Source: Podarcis tiliguerta | Lineage: Eukaryota | Strand: one strand, 5' to 3' | Length of the DNA stretch: 64,000 bases | NCBI GenBank assembly: GCA_965153285.1 | Contig: OZ229122.1 | Shown here: in pieces, positions 49,975-61,520 of the stretch | Numbering within the stretch: the first letter of the stretch is position 1 | Layout: each line of letters opens with the position of its first letter | Translations under genes and position numbers: made by a program | Notes under the pieces: generated by a model | What the model saw: the letters and a program-made list of their open reading frames with translations, nothing else | What the model was told of the DNA's origin: nothing | Databases searched by the model: none

Positions 49975-50680
49975 TGCCATGCTATTAACATGGCCTCAAG
50001 ATGTGGGACACTTAATACAGGGTGGCAAAGAGGACTTGGTAGGCATTACTGAAACCTGGTGGGATGAGATCCATGAAAGAAATGTAGAACTAGAGGAATA
50101 GACATGTTCAAAAGAATAGACCAAACAGGAAGGGAGGGGGAGCAGCATTATATGTAAGGGATATGTACACTTGTACAGAGACCTTAGCATGAAAGGCAGA
50201 TTGAGAGTATTTGGGGGGAAACTGTAGGAGAGAGAAACAACAGTGACCTTACATTTGGTGCCTGCTATAGACCTCCCAGTCAGACTGAAGACTTGGACAA
50301 TGCCTTCAGGGAGCGGATTACCAAACATTCAAAAAGGAGAGATACAGTAATCATAGGCTTCAACTTCCCCAATATCTGTTGGAACTCAAACTCTGGTCCT
50401 CACCAACAGGGAGGGATGGATGAAGTGGAAGTACCATGTCCTCTTGGGTGTCATGACACACAGGCAAGGGGAAGCTGGGTATAGTCAGACATGAACTCTA
50501 GACTTGAAGAAGGCTGATTTCAAAAAGTGTAAGGAGCTCCTGAGTGAGATTCCATGGTCAGAAATAGGCAAAGAGAAGGGAGTCCAAGAGTTTCTTAAAT
50601 TGAGGAGCTCTGGATCTGGCTAATGCCTGGATGGCACCCGAAGCTCCCTGGGAAAAGAAGTTGAGATATAAATATCATAA
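49975..50680 (+). mobile_element. CR1 LINE endonuclease-region remnant
   Basis: DLVGITETWWDE, CYRPPSQ and GFNFPNICW motifs, degenerate. Confidence 0.8.
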
Positions 50681-50741
50681 AAGTATACACTTTATTTTGA
50701 CAAGCTGTTTACTGGAGGCACATAGCAAAGGATAAGGCCCA

Positions 50742-50800
50742 TGCATAGAATAATAGAACTCTGGATCTAGTCCAACCCCCTGCAATGCAGGAGTCCAGTT
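50742..50800 (-). mobile_element. CR1-type 3' tail fragment
   Basis: CATAGAAT..TAGAA...TCTAGTCCAACCCCCTGCAATGCAGG. Confidence 0.55.
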
Positions 50801-50879
50801 CCTGCCTGAGAGCTGCTCCTGGTAACCAGAGGATGAAGAACCAGAACAAGGAGCAATAGCCATTAAAAACAAAGACTAA

Positions 50880-51020
50880 AGGCTGGCTGCTGGATTTGAG
50901 GGAAAGAAAGAATAGACTTGGGTGTCATCAATATACAAATGGACTGTCTCCTCCAGAGGTTGCACACAGGCATTTAAAAGCAGAGGGGACAAGATATAGA
51001 CTTACAGGACCATACAGGCA
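50880..51020 (-). mobile_element. Old L2 RT fragment
   Basis: Minus strand encodes LSPLLLNA...YIDDTQV (YADD-like). Confidence 0.5.
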
Positions 51021-51887
51021 AATTGTTGTAGACTAAAGCAGCTGCTAGCCTCTGGTACCGACTCGTTGGCTCAGGGCCCCTGTTTCATAACTCAGTCCAG
51101 AAACATTATATCACTCACTGCACCAAAAGCTACCAAGAGTTTCAAAAGAATGAGCAGTCTTGTTTTCCTTGATGAAGATAATTTTTAAAGAGTACTAAAG
51201 CAGTCTCTTTCCCAAGGGACACAGATCAAGGTAACATACAATGAGCACAACTTCCCTAATTTAAGTGTAGAATCACCTGTAGTGACAACATTTATTTTCC
51301 TGAGATGATTCATCCATAAGCACCTAGACAGTTTTAGGTTATGCTCTTCTGAGCAATGTGCTCATGCTCCTCTTTTTTGCTGCTGCAAGGCAGGCTTGTT
51401 TTTGAGGCATCCAGAAAAGCAGACAGAACACGCCGTTAAAACCCTGCTTTTAAGTCTAATGCCACTTGAACAAAATGCTGCAGTTCAGCTCTGCTCTTTC
51501 TTTTATCAGTAATTGGGGAGTGGGGGGGGGAGCACACATTAGGAAAAGGTCAACATCAAGGACACATAGAAATCATTGTTTAGAGTGCTAAGCAAGGACT
51601 CTGTAAAGTATAATATTCCCGTAAATGTAAGTATAATAATGTGAGATTTTAATGATTTGCTACTGCAAGCTTTCTTACACTGAATTTTCACTGGAAAGAA
51701 ATGGCAAAATCTAAGGTAATGGTTCTGGGTTTACTGTCAAGTAAAACAATACATAAAAGCATCTTTGAAGAAGGAAGCAGAAAAAATAAGAAGGGAGACA
51801 CTGGCAGGTTTATAGACCTTGTTTTTCCTGGCTTCCTCCTTGAGATGTGGGTATCACAAATGGATGTGTGTGTATCACAGAATCTTG

Positions 51888-52050
51888 AACTAGTGTGGAG
51901 CAATGGTGAGAGTGTCAGGCTAAGACCACCAGGGAAGTCCAGGTTCAAGTCCCCACTATGAAGCTTACTGGCTGATCTTAGACACAGTGAGAGGGCAGAT
52001 TGCCCAGCCTACCTTGCAGAATTGCTGAGAGGATGAAGTGGGAGGGAGGA
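51888..52050 (+). mobile_element. Old MIR/Squam3-like SINE
   Basis: Degenerate A and B boxes (CCAGGTTCAAGTCCC) and core CAGCCTACCTT.CAG..TTG.TG.GAGGAT. Confidence 0.5.
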
Positions 52051-52860
52051 GAGAAAGAGAGGAGCCACAACTAAGTCCCAGAGCTGCAGTTCTGCATAAG
52101 GTTTGGGTGGTTCCTCTTGACAGCAGCCAGGAGAGAGGCTTCCCAGCACCGGAAAACTCAGGAGGGGTTCATATCGCTTCACATCCATCCAGTGAGTGGA
52201 TGAAGAGAGTTTGGCGAGTTTGGCTGCTCTATGAAAAAATTACTCAACACCACAGATTTCGTGGACAGTAGATTGCACAGGTAGCTGCAGAGACCCAGAT
52301 GCCGTTTATATCATACATTGCGAAGGGGTCAGTAAGACTGGTCCCTCAATACACCCAAAGTTACCTTGTTGCCTGATAATCAGTGCTCTTTGATCAACAA
52401 AATGGCTGCACTGGAAAAGGTGTCAAATGGTTTGATTCTTTTGTACTTTACAAATTATTTGTAATATGAATGGCTTGTGTATCACCTACATGCCAATCAA
52501 TCTCTCTTTCTCGCCTAGGATTGCCAAATCAGGAGCATCGCAGAGCCTGAGATTTCAGGGCCCCAATCTGGGTCCCAGGGCAGCCCCTCATGGCATCATC
52601 AAGCACAACACATGAAGCCTCCACCTGCCACCTGGAAAGTGGACTGCCCTGGAAGCAGAAGGGGGCAGATGCTGGAACTGGATTAGGAACTTCCCAACCC
52701 AGCATTTTCTTTTCTTCGCCCCCCCCCCCGCCTCACCCACTTCCTCCTGAAATGAGCCACCTAGTCTCCACTCCTAATGGAAGAAATATTTCCTCCAGTC
52801 CAGAGTCTCCAGTCCCCACGCCTGTCTCTCACTCCCCAGTGTCAAAAGGCCATTGAGGAG

Positions 52861-53079
52861 AACTGGCGGAGGAAGGGGCAGGTGGGGGGAGTCCACCGCC
52901 CCCCCCCCCGGCAGCGTGATCCTGGTGGGGTGTCATCGCGGCTGCCCCCCCCGCACTGGGTGCAATGCCCCTACAGGTGGCACACCATGCCCCCGGGACG
53001 CGCGCCAGCCCCGCCCCCGCCTGCTCTCTGCCCTGCCCCCCCCCCCCCCCCGGTGCCGGAGCATGAAGCTCTGCCACTG
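52861..53079. mobile_element. GC-rich hAT MITE
   Basis: Termini ..TGGCGGAG / CTCTGCCACTG; 8-bp TSD (T/C)TGAGGAG at 52853-52860 and 53080-53087. Confidence 0.75.
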
Positions 53080-53484
53080 CTGAGGAGTTGCTGTGGGCAG
53101 AGGGGGCGGAAGGGTTTGGCTCCTGCTGCTGCTGCTGCTGCTGCTCTTCACAGGCTTCTCTCACTTTTGCAGCCCTACATGTCACACACTCTTAACCCCC
53201 CTCCTCCTCTTGAGCCCAGCCCAACTCCTGGAGTGTCTATGTAATAATCTGCATCCAGTTCCTGCTGGGCTGAAGCTTGCAAGCTGCATGCACAGTTTTC
53301 TTAAGTGGTGGTGGTGAGTTTTAAAGTGCTCCCATCCACCTGGAGATTCAAGTCCTCCACCTGGGAGTGGCTAGGCAAAACTGGAGACTCCAAGGTCAGC
53401 CCTGGGGCTCTTTCACCAGGTGTAAGTTACTTGGGCTCATAACCTGTTGAGCCCTATCTTGATTCCCCTTTTGTGTGTGATAGC

Positions 53485-53632
53485 CAGTGCTTTTTTTCTG
53501 GGGGGACCTAGGGGTACACATACCCCTAAACATTTTGTGAATCTAAGTTTGGCCTCATTGAGGGGCAGTATTTCAATATGTGTAGGAAAATGTGAGTACC
53601 CCTAAACATTTTTTTTTAGGAAAAAAGCACTG
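53485..53632. mobile_element. hAT MITE
   Basis: TIR CAGTGCTTTTTT / AAAAAAGCACTG; TSD G(T/C)GATAGC. Confidence 0.88.
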
Positions 53633-53834
53633 GCGATAGCTGTGTCCAAGTAGGAATGGATCACCTCTGAATTCCTTTAAAACTGATATAAGGGATCGGG
53701 ATCGTGACAGCTTTTCTGTATGATGTCAAGAAGGATGGGCAAATCTATACATTTCAGTTTCTCTTTTTTCCGATCTTCAGTTCTGGAATGTCCAAAGAGG
53801 AATCTCACAATTCTACCCTGATGTGAACTCTATA

Positions 53835-54364
53835 CAGTGGTACCTTGATTCTCAAACTTAATCCATTCTGGAAGTCCATTCCAAAACCAAAGCGTTCCAA
53901 AACCAAGGCACACTTTCCCATAGAAAGTAATGCAAAATGGATTAATCCGTTCCAGACGTTTTATAATAATCCCCCAAACAGCAATTTAACATGAATTTTA
54001 CTATTTAACAAGACCATTGATCTATAAAATGAAAGCGATAAACAATGCACTGCAGTCACACAATCAGTCAGTAGCTGAACTGGGTTCTACACAGTCACAC
54101 ACACACAAAAGAGCCACAAAAACGCATAACACTCCAAACGGAAGTATAACACTCAAATTGTCAGTGTAACACTCCAAATGGCACTCAAAACAGAAGTGTG
54201 GCACTCAAATCAGAAGCATAACACTCAAAACGGAGCATGTTCAGCTTCCAAAAAAAGTTTGCAAACCTTCACACTTTCTTCCGGGTTTGCAGTGTTTGGG
54301 TTCCAAGGCATTTGAGAACCAAGGCAGTTGAGAACCAAGGCAGTTGAGAACCAAGGTATCACTA
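53835..54364. mobile_element. Tc1/mariner (Tigger/pogo-like) MITE
   Basis: TA|CAGTGGTACCTTG...CCAAGGTATCACTA|TA; internal ACACTCAAA repeats and a tandem GAGAACCAAGGCAGTT repeat. Confidence 0.85.
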
Positions 54365-54547
54365 TACTTGGCTAAAACCCAAGCAACTTGCCACTTTCAA
54401 CATGAGAAGGAAGCACAGAGTGAGTGTATATGGGACTTGTTAAGAGTGTTGTTCTTTTTAATTACATTTGAAGGGATGTGCAGAGTACATAAGCAGATGC
54501 ACATCTATAGCATATTTAGTGAAGTATTAATAGAGGATAACAGGTTT

Positions 54548-54771
54548 AGAGCTTATGCACAGTTTTCCCCTGTGCTTTCCAGGCACAGACCCACACTTTA
54601 AAGCTCCATGTCAGAGCACTTTCTTTTCCACCCCAGAGATTTCCCCATGGAAAACCACTCTTTAAAGCTGAAGCACAACAAATGGCCCTTTGGGATTTTT
54701 GCAGATTGCAATCTTTAAAGTGCAGGCCGTGTCTGGAAAACATGGAGGAAAGGTAAGTGTGGATCAGCCCT
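54548..54771. mobile_element. PIF/Harbinger-like palindromic MITE
   Basis: Imperfect long inverted ends (AGAGCTTATGCACAGT / AGTGTGGATCAGCCCT; CACTTTAAAG / CTTTAAAGTG). Confidence 0.5.
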
Positions 54772-54899
54772 TATCTAGGCATAGGGGAACATAGGCATTC
54801 TGGCATGAGTTAGGCCTAAGCTGACATGCTACTGTAAAAGGCAGAGAGCAGTAAACATTTCTTTTAGTTGAAGTTACAAATTACAGCTGTGGCCAAAAG

Positions 54900-55067
54900 A
54901 GGGCGTAGCATAGATAGCAACTCCCTGGGACCCAGGGTGCTTGAGCACCCACAAAATTCCCCATGAAGAGGCCAGGCACCCACAAATTTTGGTGCCAGGG
55001 CCATGCAGGCTGCATGGCACCCACAGCCCCGGGCACCCACGGTTGCAGGACCAAGCTGGTACTCCTG
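54900..55067. mobile_element. Degenerate hAT-like MITE
   Basis: AGGGCGTAGC start and repeated GCACCCAC subterminal motifs. Confidence 0.45.
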
Positions 55068-55543
55068 GGGCGTAGAGATGCTTTTGCTAAAACCACAGAA
55101 ATCCCAGTTGTCTGATTCAGAACTGGGGAAAACATGCATGATAAAGAACTGTCATTCTCAGGAACTGGTCAGAATTATGAAAGGAGGAGACAGAATTAAC
55201 CCAATCATTAATGTGGGGCATTTCAAATGAATGGCTAATAATAGTGAGGGTGATATTGAGTCTGCAAAAAATGAAAACGCATGCCAATGGGGGCCACTCC
55301 TGAACCATCCAGGAAGATTCCCTAGCCACTCTTCAGCTATCAAAGCCACCGGGGGGGGGGGGGAGCCTCCACATGCGGAAAGATGTCTTACCCAACCTTA
55401 TTTAAACCTTGTAGGTTTTCAAAGCTCTTGCTGTATGAAAAGGGTGCAGAAGGTCTGTTTCTTTATCTCTTGCTAATTAATAAAAGCATTCAGTTAGCAT
55501 TTACATTAGTAAAGAAAAAGTGTTTTATATTCATTAAACCACT

Positions 55544-55563
55544 GTGGCACCAGATGGCGCGGT
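55544..55563 (+). promoter_or_regulatory. Candidate CTCF site
   Basis: GCACCAGATGGCGC matches the core CCASYAGRKGGCRS with one mismatch, in unique sequence. Confidence 0.4.
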
Positions 55564-57644
55564 GGAGTTCCATCTTTCGCCAACATGATTTCCCACTTTC
55601 AGGTTTACAACTAGTTTTCCTGAAACGCTTTTTTGATGTGTTTAGATCCAGCCAGTGTCTCTGTATTAGTAGAATATGCATCAGGTGTATTCTAGGCAAA
55701 TTCAAAAGCTAGCCATGAGGTTGCTTTAAAAATAAAAGAAAGCTAAGATCCAGTGGATGTGAACATTGTAGCAGTACCAGTTTCTGTGCTCTGTAGATTG
55801 AATGATCAAAACCATACAGATGAGAGTACGCCACTTCTTGATCTGTCTCCCTTTAAACCCAGCAGGTGTATTTCTACTGTTCTTTAGGCAAGATGGGATC
55901 ATATTCACAAAACTGGCATTTGGTAAGACCAGTGTACAATTTAAGTACACCATTAAAGAATTTCCATGAACAGCATTGTAATATGGCCCTTGCTTTCTCC
56001 AGCTGCTGCCACAGCTGCATAGGTTTCCACTGGTATCAGAACAGCACGTTTCAAATGAATGGTCTCCTTGGTATTCCTGATAACAGAAGGGGCTTCACTC
56101 TAATAAAATTCATTGTGCTGTTTTATTGCACTTGGCATCTGAAGTATCTGGTGCACCCTTTTTATTCACACATTATGCAAACAGATGAGCCTGACATGCA
56201 ATATGGAAACCTGGAACAGGAAATGCTCTTCAAAGCTCCTTGGTTTTAACCAATAGACAGTAAGTTGCCCTGAGAGGAAGCTGCTCTCCAGCATTCCATT
56301 TCTTTTGTCATGTGGCAGACAAAACCCCCATCCCTGCCAGGGTCGCCGTTGTAATCGTCATACAAGCATGTAATTATGTGACAACACACTGAGTGCAATC
56401 TTTTGCTGTCTTGACACACAGTGTAGTGCCCCATCCCATCCATACATTCAAAGCACTCTTATATAACTCCCCCCCCCCCATCAGCAGTGAACTCAAAATA
56501 GGAATAAGGTAAGAAAGATAATGGATTCCCTGCAATATCTTTTGCTACGTTGTCTGCATGTGGAAGTGTTTGTGGCTTGTTTGTGCAACCTCACTGACAA
56601 AAAGAGCAATAAAGTTTGATCTTGGTAGAGCAATCAATGGACAATTAAAGACCTGAATAACAAAAGGAAATGGCAGCAGCACAAAGAAAAAATGGAACTG
56701 TGCCTTAAAGAAGCAGGGGAAGTTAAATTGCAAAGTCTGTGAGCCTGGTTTCAGCGCATCTTGTTGTGCTACAGCAGAGCAACATCCAAAGGACAGAGCA
56801 AATTGCCTCTCAGGAGAAGAGTTATAAACTGGGGCTGCTGCTGCTGCTGAAGAGAGACACATGGGGCCCCCTCCTCACTTTCTTGAAAGTTGGAAAGTAC
56901 AGAATCACAAAAGGAGGTGAGGAAATGAGAGGTGCCCAGAAGAAAAAGTGCATATAAAAATGAAACCAGCACAGCACAGCATCCCCTCAAAGGACCCAAA
57001 TAAATGTCCAATGTATTGGAGATGGAAAATTTATGGTGGAGCTCTGCTCTCAAATAAAAAAAAATGTGACTGCAAATGGCAAAAGCATCTCAGCAGGAGG
57101 GGAAAACCCAAAACACATTCATAAAGGGGAATGGAAAGAGGAACAAGGGAGTCTAAAGGGAAGAACCTGCTGAAGACTTTGATTTACATTGTGGGGGGGG
57201 GGGGGGAGAACAAGGAGTGTGGGGGAAGGCAACTGGAAGATAAAGCTGCTAGGCAGAAGATGAAATGGGGAAATTACTGGTGATTCCCTCCCTAGCAAAC
57301 ATAAGAAGGGGATCAGGTGAAAGAATCCCTACACATGATATCCCCAATGTCAGCTTGGATAAAATTTTGTAAGATATTTTTGGATTTTTGGCATATCCTT
57401 GAAATTGGGCAGGAGACAAAAAGCGCATGCCAGCTGTAGACATCATTAGTGCTAGGAATTGGTAAGAAGATATATTAATTATCTAGAGGCCCACATGTGT
57501 GGGTTAACAACAAAGAAAAATGGCTGCAAGCCTATATTCCAAAGTGTGGGGCAAGTGTAGTAGAAAACCCTCTAGCAGAATTTAATTCTCATCCTTAGGC
57601 AGATTAATGAAGCACAGAACTAGGTTGCCAGTGGCTTGAATTAA

Positions 57645-57746
57645 TTAATTTTATAATGAATGATTTTAAAGTGTTGTTTGTGCTGTTTTATTGTTGTTAG
57701 CCGCCCTGAGCCCGGCTTCGGCTGGGGAGGGCGGGATATAAATAAA

Positions 57747-57791
<45 letters not shown>
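57645..57791 (+). mobile_element. L2 3' tail with (ATT)n
   Basis: TTAGCCGCCCTGAGCCCGG...GGGGAGGGCGGG.TATAAATAAAATTT(ATT)n, same family as the 11718 copy. Confidence 0.85.
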
Positions 57792-57793
<2 letters not shown>

Positions 57794-58404
57794 GAAACCT
57801 TGTTTATTCAGTGCAACTGTGTGAAGCAGCTGACCCCGTTTTACCCCTCCTGCAATGAAATAGACTACACACTGCAATATGTTTAAAATGCTTTACTTAC
57901 AGTCACAGTCATGCATTGTCCTATGCAGCAACTATAAGAAACTATAAGGTAAAAATGTTATTGGGTAGGATTGGCGGCAAGATCTCTGAAGCTGAGATAC
58001 GTATCTGATGCCAGGAGCTATCGAGAAGCACATCCTCCCTCCATGACTAGATCATAAAGAGGATGACAAAAAGAAGAGAAAGAATACTCACTAACTCCCG
58101 AACCAGGAGTGAGGGGCCATGACCTAACTGAGCCTACTCTAGCAATTAAAACTCTGTGGTCCATAACCCTTTCATATACTAACTAGCAAAATAGGCATAT
58201 TAGTTATGTTTGACTGCAAAAAAAAAATCTCCCACAATTAGGATATTGGAAAAATAGCAATCAAGCTCACATGGCATATTTCAGGTACATGTGAATGGGC
58301 CTTCTAGCAGTCCTGTCTTCCCTCAAAGAATCCTGGGAAGTGTTGGTTGTTAAGAGTGCTGACAGTTGTTAGGAGACCTTTCACAAAGCTACAATTTCCA
58401 GCGA

Positions 58405-59065
58405 TGGGCTCTGCGGGGTGTTGAATGCTTCCCTCTGTGAGGGAGCCTTCCCAGACCCACTGAAAGAGGCGGGCATTAAACTGCTTCTTTAAAAAACATC
58501 TTTACCAGCTCCCGGTGCTGGAGCAGGTAGCTTCGCCACTGCCGGAAACTACAACTAATCCAGAATGCAGCAGCTAGACTGGTGACTGGGTGCGGCCACC
58601 GAGACCACATAATACCGGTCTTGAAAGATCTACATTGGCTCCCAGTACGTTTCCGAGCACAATTCAAAGTGTTGGTGCTGACCTTTAAAGCCCTGAACGG
58701 CCTCGGTCCAGTATACCTGAAGGAGCGTCTCCACCCCCATCGTTCTGCCCGGACACTGAGGTCCAGCGCCGAGGGCCTTCTGGCAGTTCCCTCCCTGTGA
58801 GAAGTGAGGTTGCACGGAACCAGGCAGAGGGCCTTCTTGGTAGTGGCACCTGCCTTGTGGAATGCCCTCCCATCAGATGTCAAGGAAATAAGCAACTATC
58901 TTACTTTTAGAAGACATCTGAAGGTGTTTTTAATGTTTTAAATGTTTAATGCTGTATCATGTTTTTAATATTTGGTTGGGAGCCGCCCAGAGTGGCTGGG
59001 GAAACCCAGCCATATGGGCGGGGTATAAATAATATATGTTAATAATAATAATAATAATAATAAAA
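58405..59065 (+). mobile_element. L2 LINE (RT N-terminal remnant plus 3' part) with a hAT MITE end at the deletion junction
   Basis: NASLCEGAFPDPLKEA, then after 58541 RKLQLIQNAAARL...LHWLPVRFRAQFKVLVLTFKALNG; (AAT)n tail. Confidence 0.88.
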
Positions 59066-59173
59066 TAATTAGACCCAGGTGATCTTTGCTTCTTCCAGTA
59101 CACTGACACTAGTTTGCCTGTCTTCCCAAGTGATGTCTAAAATGTTTTGGAGACACAGTTGATGGGATCTTTC

Positions 59174-61014
59174 TTTTTTTATATATATAAATAATTTTTA
59201 TTAATTTACAACAAAACAAAACATACATTATTTTCACATTTCACATTTCAAATTCCAAGTCTTTGATTTTGGACTTCCTTCAGCTTTTCCGTAAATCTTT
59301 CATAGTCAGTATTAATTTCCGCATTTCCTTTTTTACCATTGTCATTAGTTATATTTTTTCCCTCTCATTCCTTTTAACAATGTCTCTCATATATTCACAG
59401 TGCCCTTTTAAAATCTTCTAGCGTTATCTGACCATCACTTATACTCTCCAGATACTTAACAAAGTTCCCCCAGTTTTCTGTAAACTTTTGGTCTCTTAGG
59501 TATCTAATCTTTCCAGTCATCTTATCCAGTTCAGCATAGTCTAACAACTTAGACCTCCAATCTTCTATTGTCGGTATTTCCTGTTGTTTCCATTTTTGTG
59601 CCAGTAACACTCTTGCTGCAGTCACTGCATATTGGAGAAATTTACCATCCTTTCTCTTAATTTCCTTTCCCAAAATACCTAACAGAAAGACCTCTGGCTT
59701 CTTTGTAAAAGTGTATTTCAAAATCTTCTTCAACTCATTGTATATCATTTCCCAGAAGTCTTTCACTCTCTTGCATTCCCACCACATATGGTAAAAAGAG
59801 CCCTCTTTTTCTTTACATTTCCAACATTTATTACAGGTCTTATACATTTTTGCCAATTTTACCGGTGTGATATACCACCTATAAAACATTTTCATCACAT
59901 TCTCTTTCAATGCCATACATGCTGTAAATTTTAAGTTCTCCTTCCACAGTTTTTCCCATTCCTCAAACTGTATATTATAACCAAAGTCTCTGGCCCAAAA
60001 TATCATGACCGACTTTACTTCTTCATCTTTTAGATTCCATTCTAACAACAAATTATACATTTTTGACAGAATTTTAACCTCCTTATTTACTATTTCTGAC
60101 TGGAATGTTGAGTCTTTATCTGCATAGCTCCATTCTCTTGCATCTTTCCTAAACATTTCATTTACCTGGTAATAATGCAACCAATCGTATACATGCTTTT
60201 TAACTTGTTCATATGGTTTCACTTTCCATTTTCCTCCTTCTTTCACTAACAATTGGCTATATGTTGCCCAATCACCTCTCATATTGGTTTTCTTTACACT
60301 CATGACCTCTAATAGTGATAACCAGTGTGGTACTTTAGGTTCCAATAGGTTTTTATACCTATCCCAAACTTCGATTAATGGACCTCGGAAGATGTGGTCC
60401 CCAAAACCTTTATGTACTTTTTTCTTGTCTTTCCACAAGTACGCGTGCCAACCAAATCTATTGTCATATCCTTCTAAGTCTAACAGTTCCTTGTTCTCTA
60501 GTTTTATCCATTCTTTCAGCCAGCAAAGACATGATGCCTCATAGTATAATTTCAAGTCAGGCAGGGCAAAGCCTCCTCTTTGTCTTGTATCTGTTAAAAG
60601 TTTAAATTGTATTCTCGGCTTTTTGCCCTGCCATATATATCTTGAGATCACTCTTTGCCAATCTTTAAACAGACTACTCCCCTTAATTATAGGGATAGTC
60701 TGGAACAGAAACAACATTCTTGGCAACACGTTCATCTTAATTGTAGATATTCTTCCCCAAAATGAGAATTTCATTCTTCCCCACACTTCCAGGTCCTTCT
60801 TTATTGCATTCCACACTGGTACATAGTTGTTTTGAAATAAATCCATATTCTTCGGAGTTAGCCATATTCCCAAGTATTTCACCTTTTTAACCACTTCTAT
60901 TTCAATTTGCTGTTGCATTGTTTCAATTGCACTTTGATCCATATTCTTCACAATCATTTTAGTGTTTATCTTGTTTAACTTGAAACCTGCCACTTCTCCA
61001 AACTTATCCATTTC
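59174..61014 (-). mobile_element. Young 5'-truncated L1-clade LINE
   Basis: Perfect 20-bp TSD CACAGTTGATGGGATCTTTC (59154-59173 and 61015-61034); AATAAA and A-rich tail; uninterrupted ORF2 C-terminal half. Confidence 0.95.
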
Positions 61015-61068
61015 CACAGTTGATGGGATCTTTCGAGGAGCTGGAGATGCTGTTTCTAAGTGGTCCAT
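59395..61068 (-). CDS. L1-clade ORF2 C-terminal fragment (end of RT/thumb and C-terminal CCHC region), 557-aa ORF
   Basis: KYLGI, GRISTIKMNVLPR, GGFALPDLKLYY and CWKC...HMWWEC motifs; lacks EN and YADD; first ~18 aa come from flank and TSD. Confidence 0.85.
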   Translation of the reverse strand: MDHLETASPAPRKIPSTVEMDKFGEVAGFKLNKINTKMIVKNMDQSAIETMQQQIEIEVVKKVKYLGIWLTPKNMDLFQNNYVPVWNAIKKDLEVWGRMKFSFWGRISTIKMNVLPRMLFLFQTIPIIKGSSLFKDWQRVISRYIWQGKKPRIQFKLLTDTRQRGGFALPDLKLYYEASCLCWLKEWIKLENKELLDLEGYDNRFGWHAYLWKDKKKVHKGFGDHIFRGPLIEVWDRYKNLLEPKVPHWLSLLEVMSVKKTNMRGDWATYSQLLVKEGGKWKVKPYEQVKKHVYDWLHYYQVNEMFRKDAREWSYADKDSTFQSEIVNKEVKILSKMYNLLLEWNLKDEEVKSVMIFWARDFGYNIQFEEWEKLWKENLKFTACMALKENVMKMFYRWYITPVKLAKMYKTCNKCWKCKEKEGSFYHMWWECKRVKDFWEMIYNELKKILKYTFTKKPEVFLLGILGKEIKRKDGKFLQYAVTAARVLLAQKWKQQEIPTIEDWRSKLLDYAELDKMTGKIRYLRDQKFTENWGNFVKYLESISDGQITLEDFKRAL

Positions 61069-61391
61069 GTTTCACAAGCATACAGTAAGGTTGGTAGTAC
61101 AATGTGCCACACTAGTGCCATGTAAGGGAGACCCCTGTTTAAACTCAGAATGAGACTATCTAGCTAATTACTAGTAATTCCTGCCACCTCCTAAAGCAGA
61201 AGAAAAAGTGAGATAATTCATTGCAAGTGGAGAAGTCTTTCACTAGGGAATAGAGCCATTTTGAAAATGCAGGGTGGCATTTGCCAAGTTGTCATCTAAT
61301 TATAGGGAATGGCCTAATAAAATTTAACACAGCATTTCACAGCATGGTCTTTAAAAATTAATAAAGGAACTTCCCTTCCACTCTGACTTAC

Positions 61392-61520
61392 GCGGCTCGT
61401 GGCAGAGAACACCTGTCCATGAAAGACCGAGCCAGACCACTCACACACCACAACTGCCATCTTGCTGGCCAATAGACACTTTCAATTTTCTTTAGAAACA
61501 ACAGCAGTCTAACCAATCAC
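61392..61520 (-). promoter_or_regulatory. Candidate promoter / first exon
   Basis: Two CCAAT boxes, YY1-like CAAGATGGC, and a 69-nt ATG-initiated frame ending at donor CGC|GTAAGT. Confidence 0.3.

Noticed and set aside
52590-53317. Pro/Gln/Ala-rich ORFs and apparent CpG island as a gene
   Set aside because: Explained by a GC-rich hAT MITE with TSD plus a (CTG)n microsatellite
54110-54360. CRISPR-like short direct repeats
   Set aside because: Eukaryotic DNA; these are internal tandem repeats of a Tigger-like MITE with no unique spacers and no cas genes
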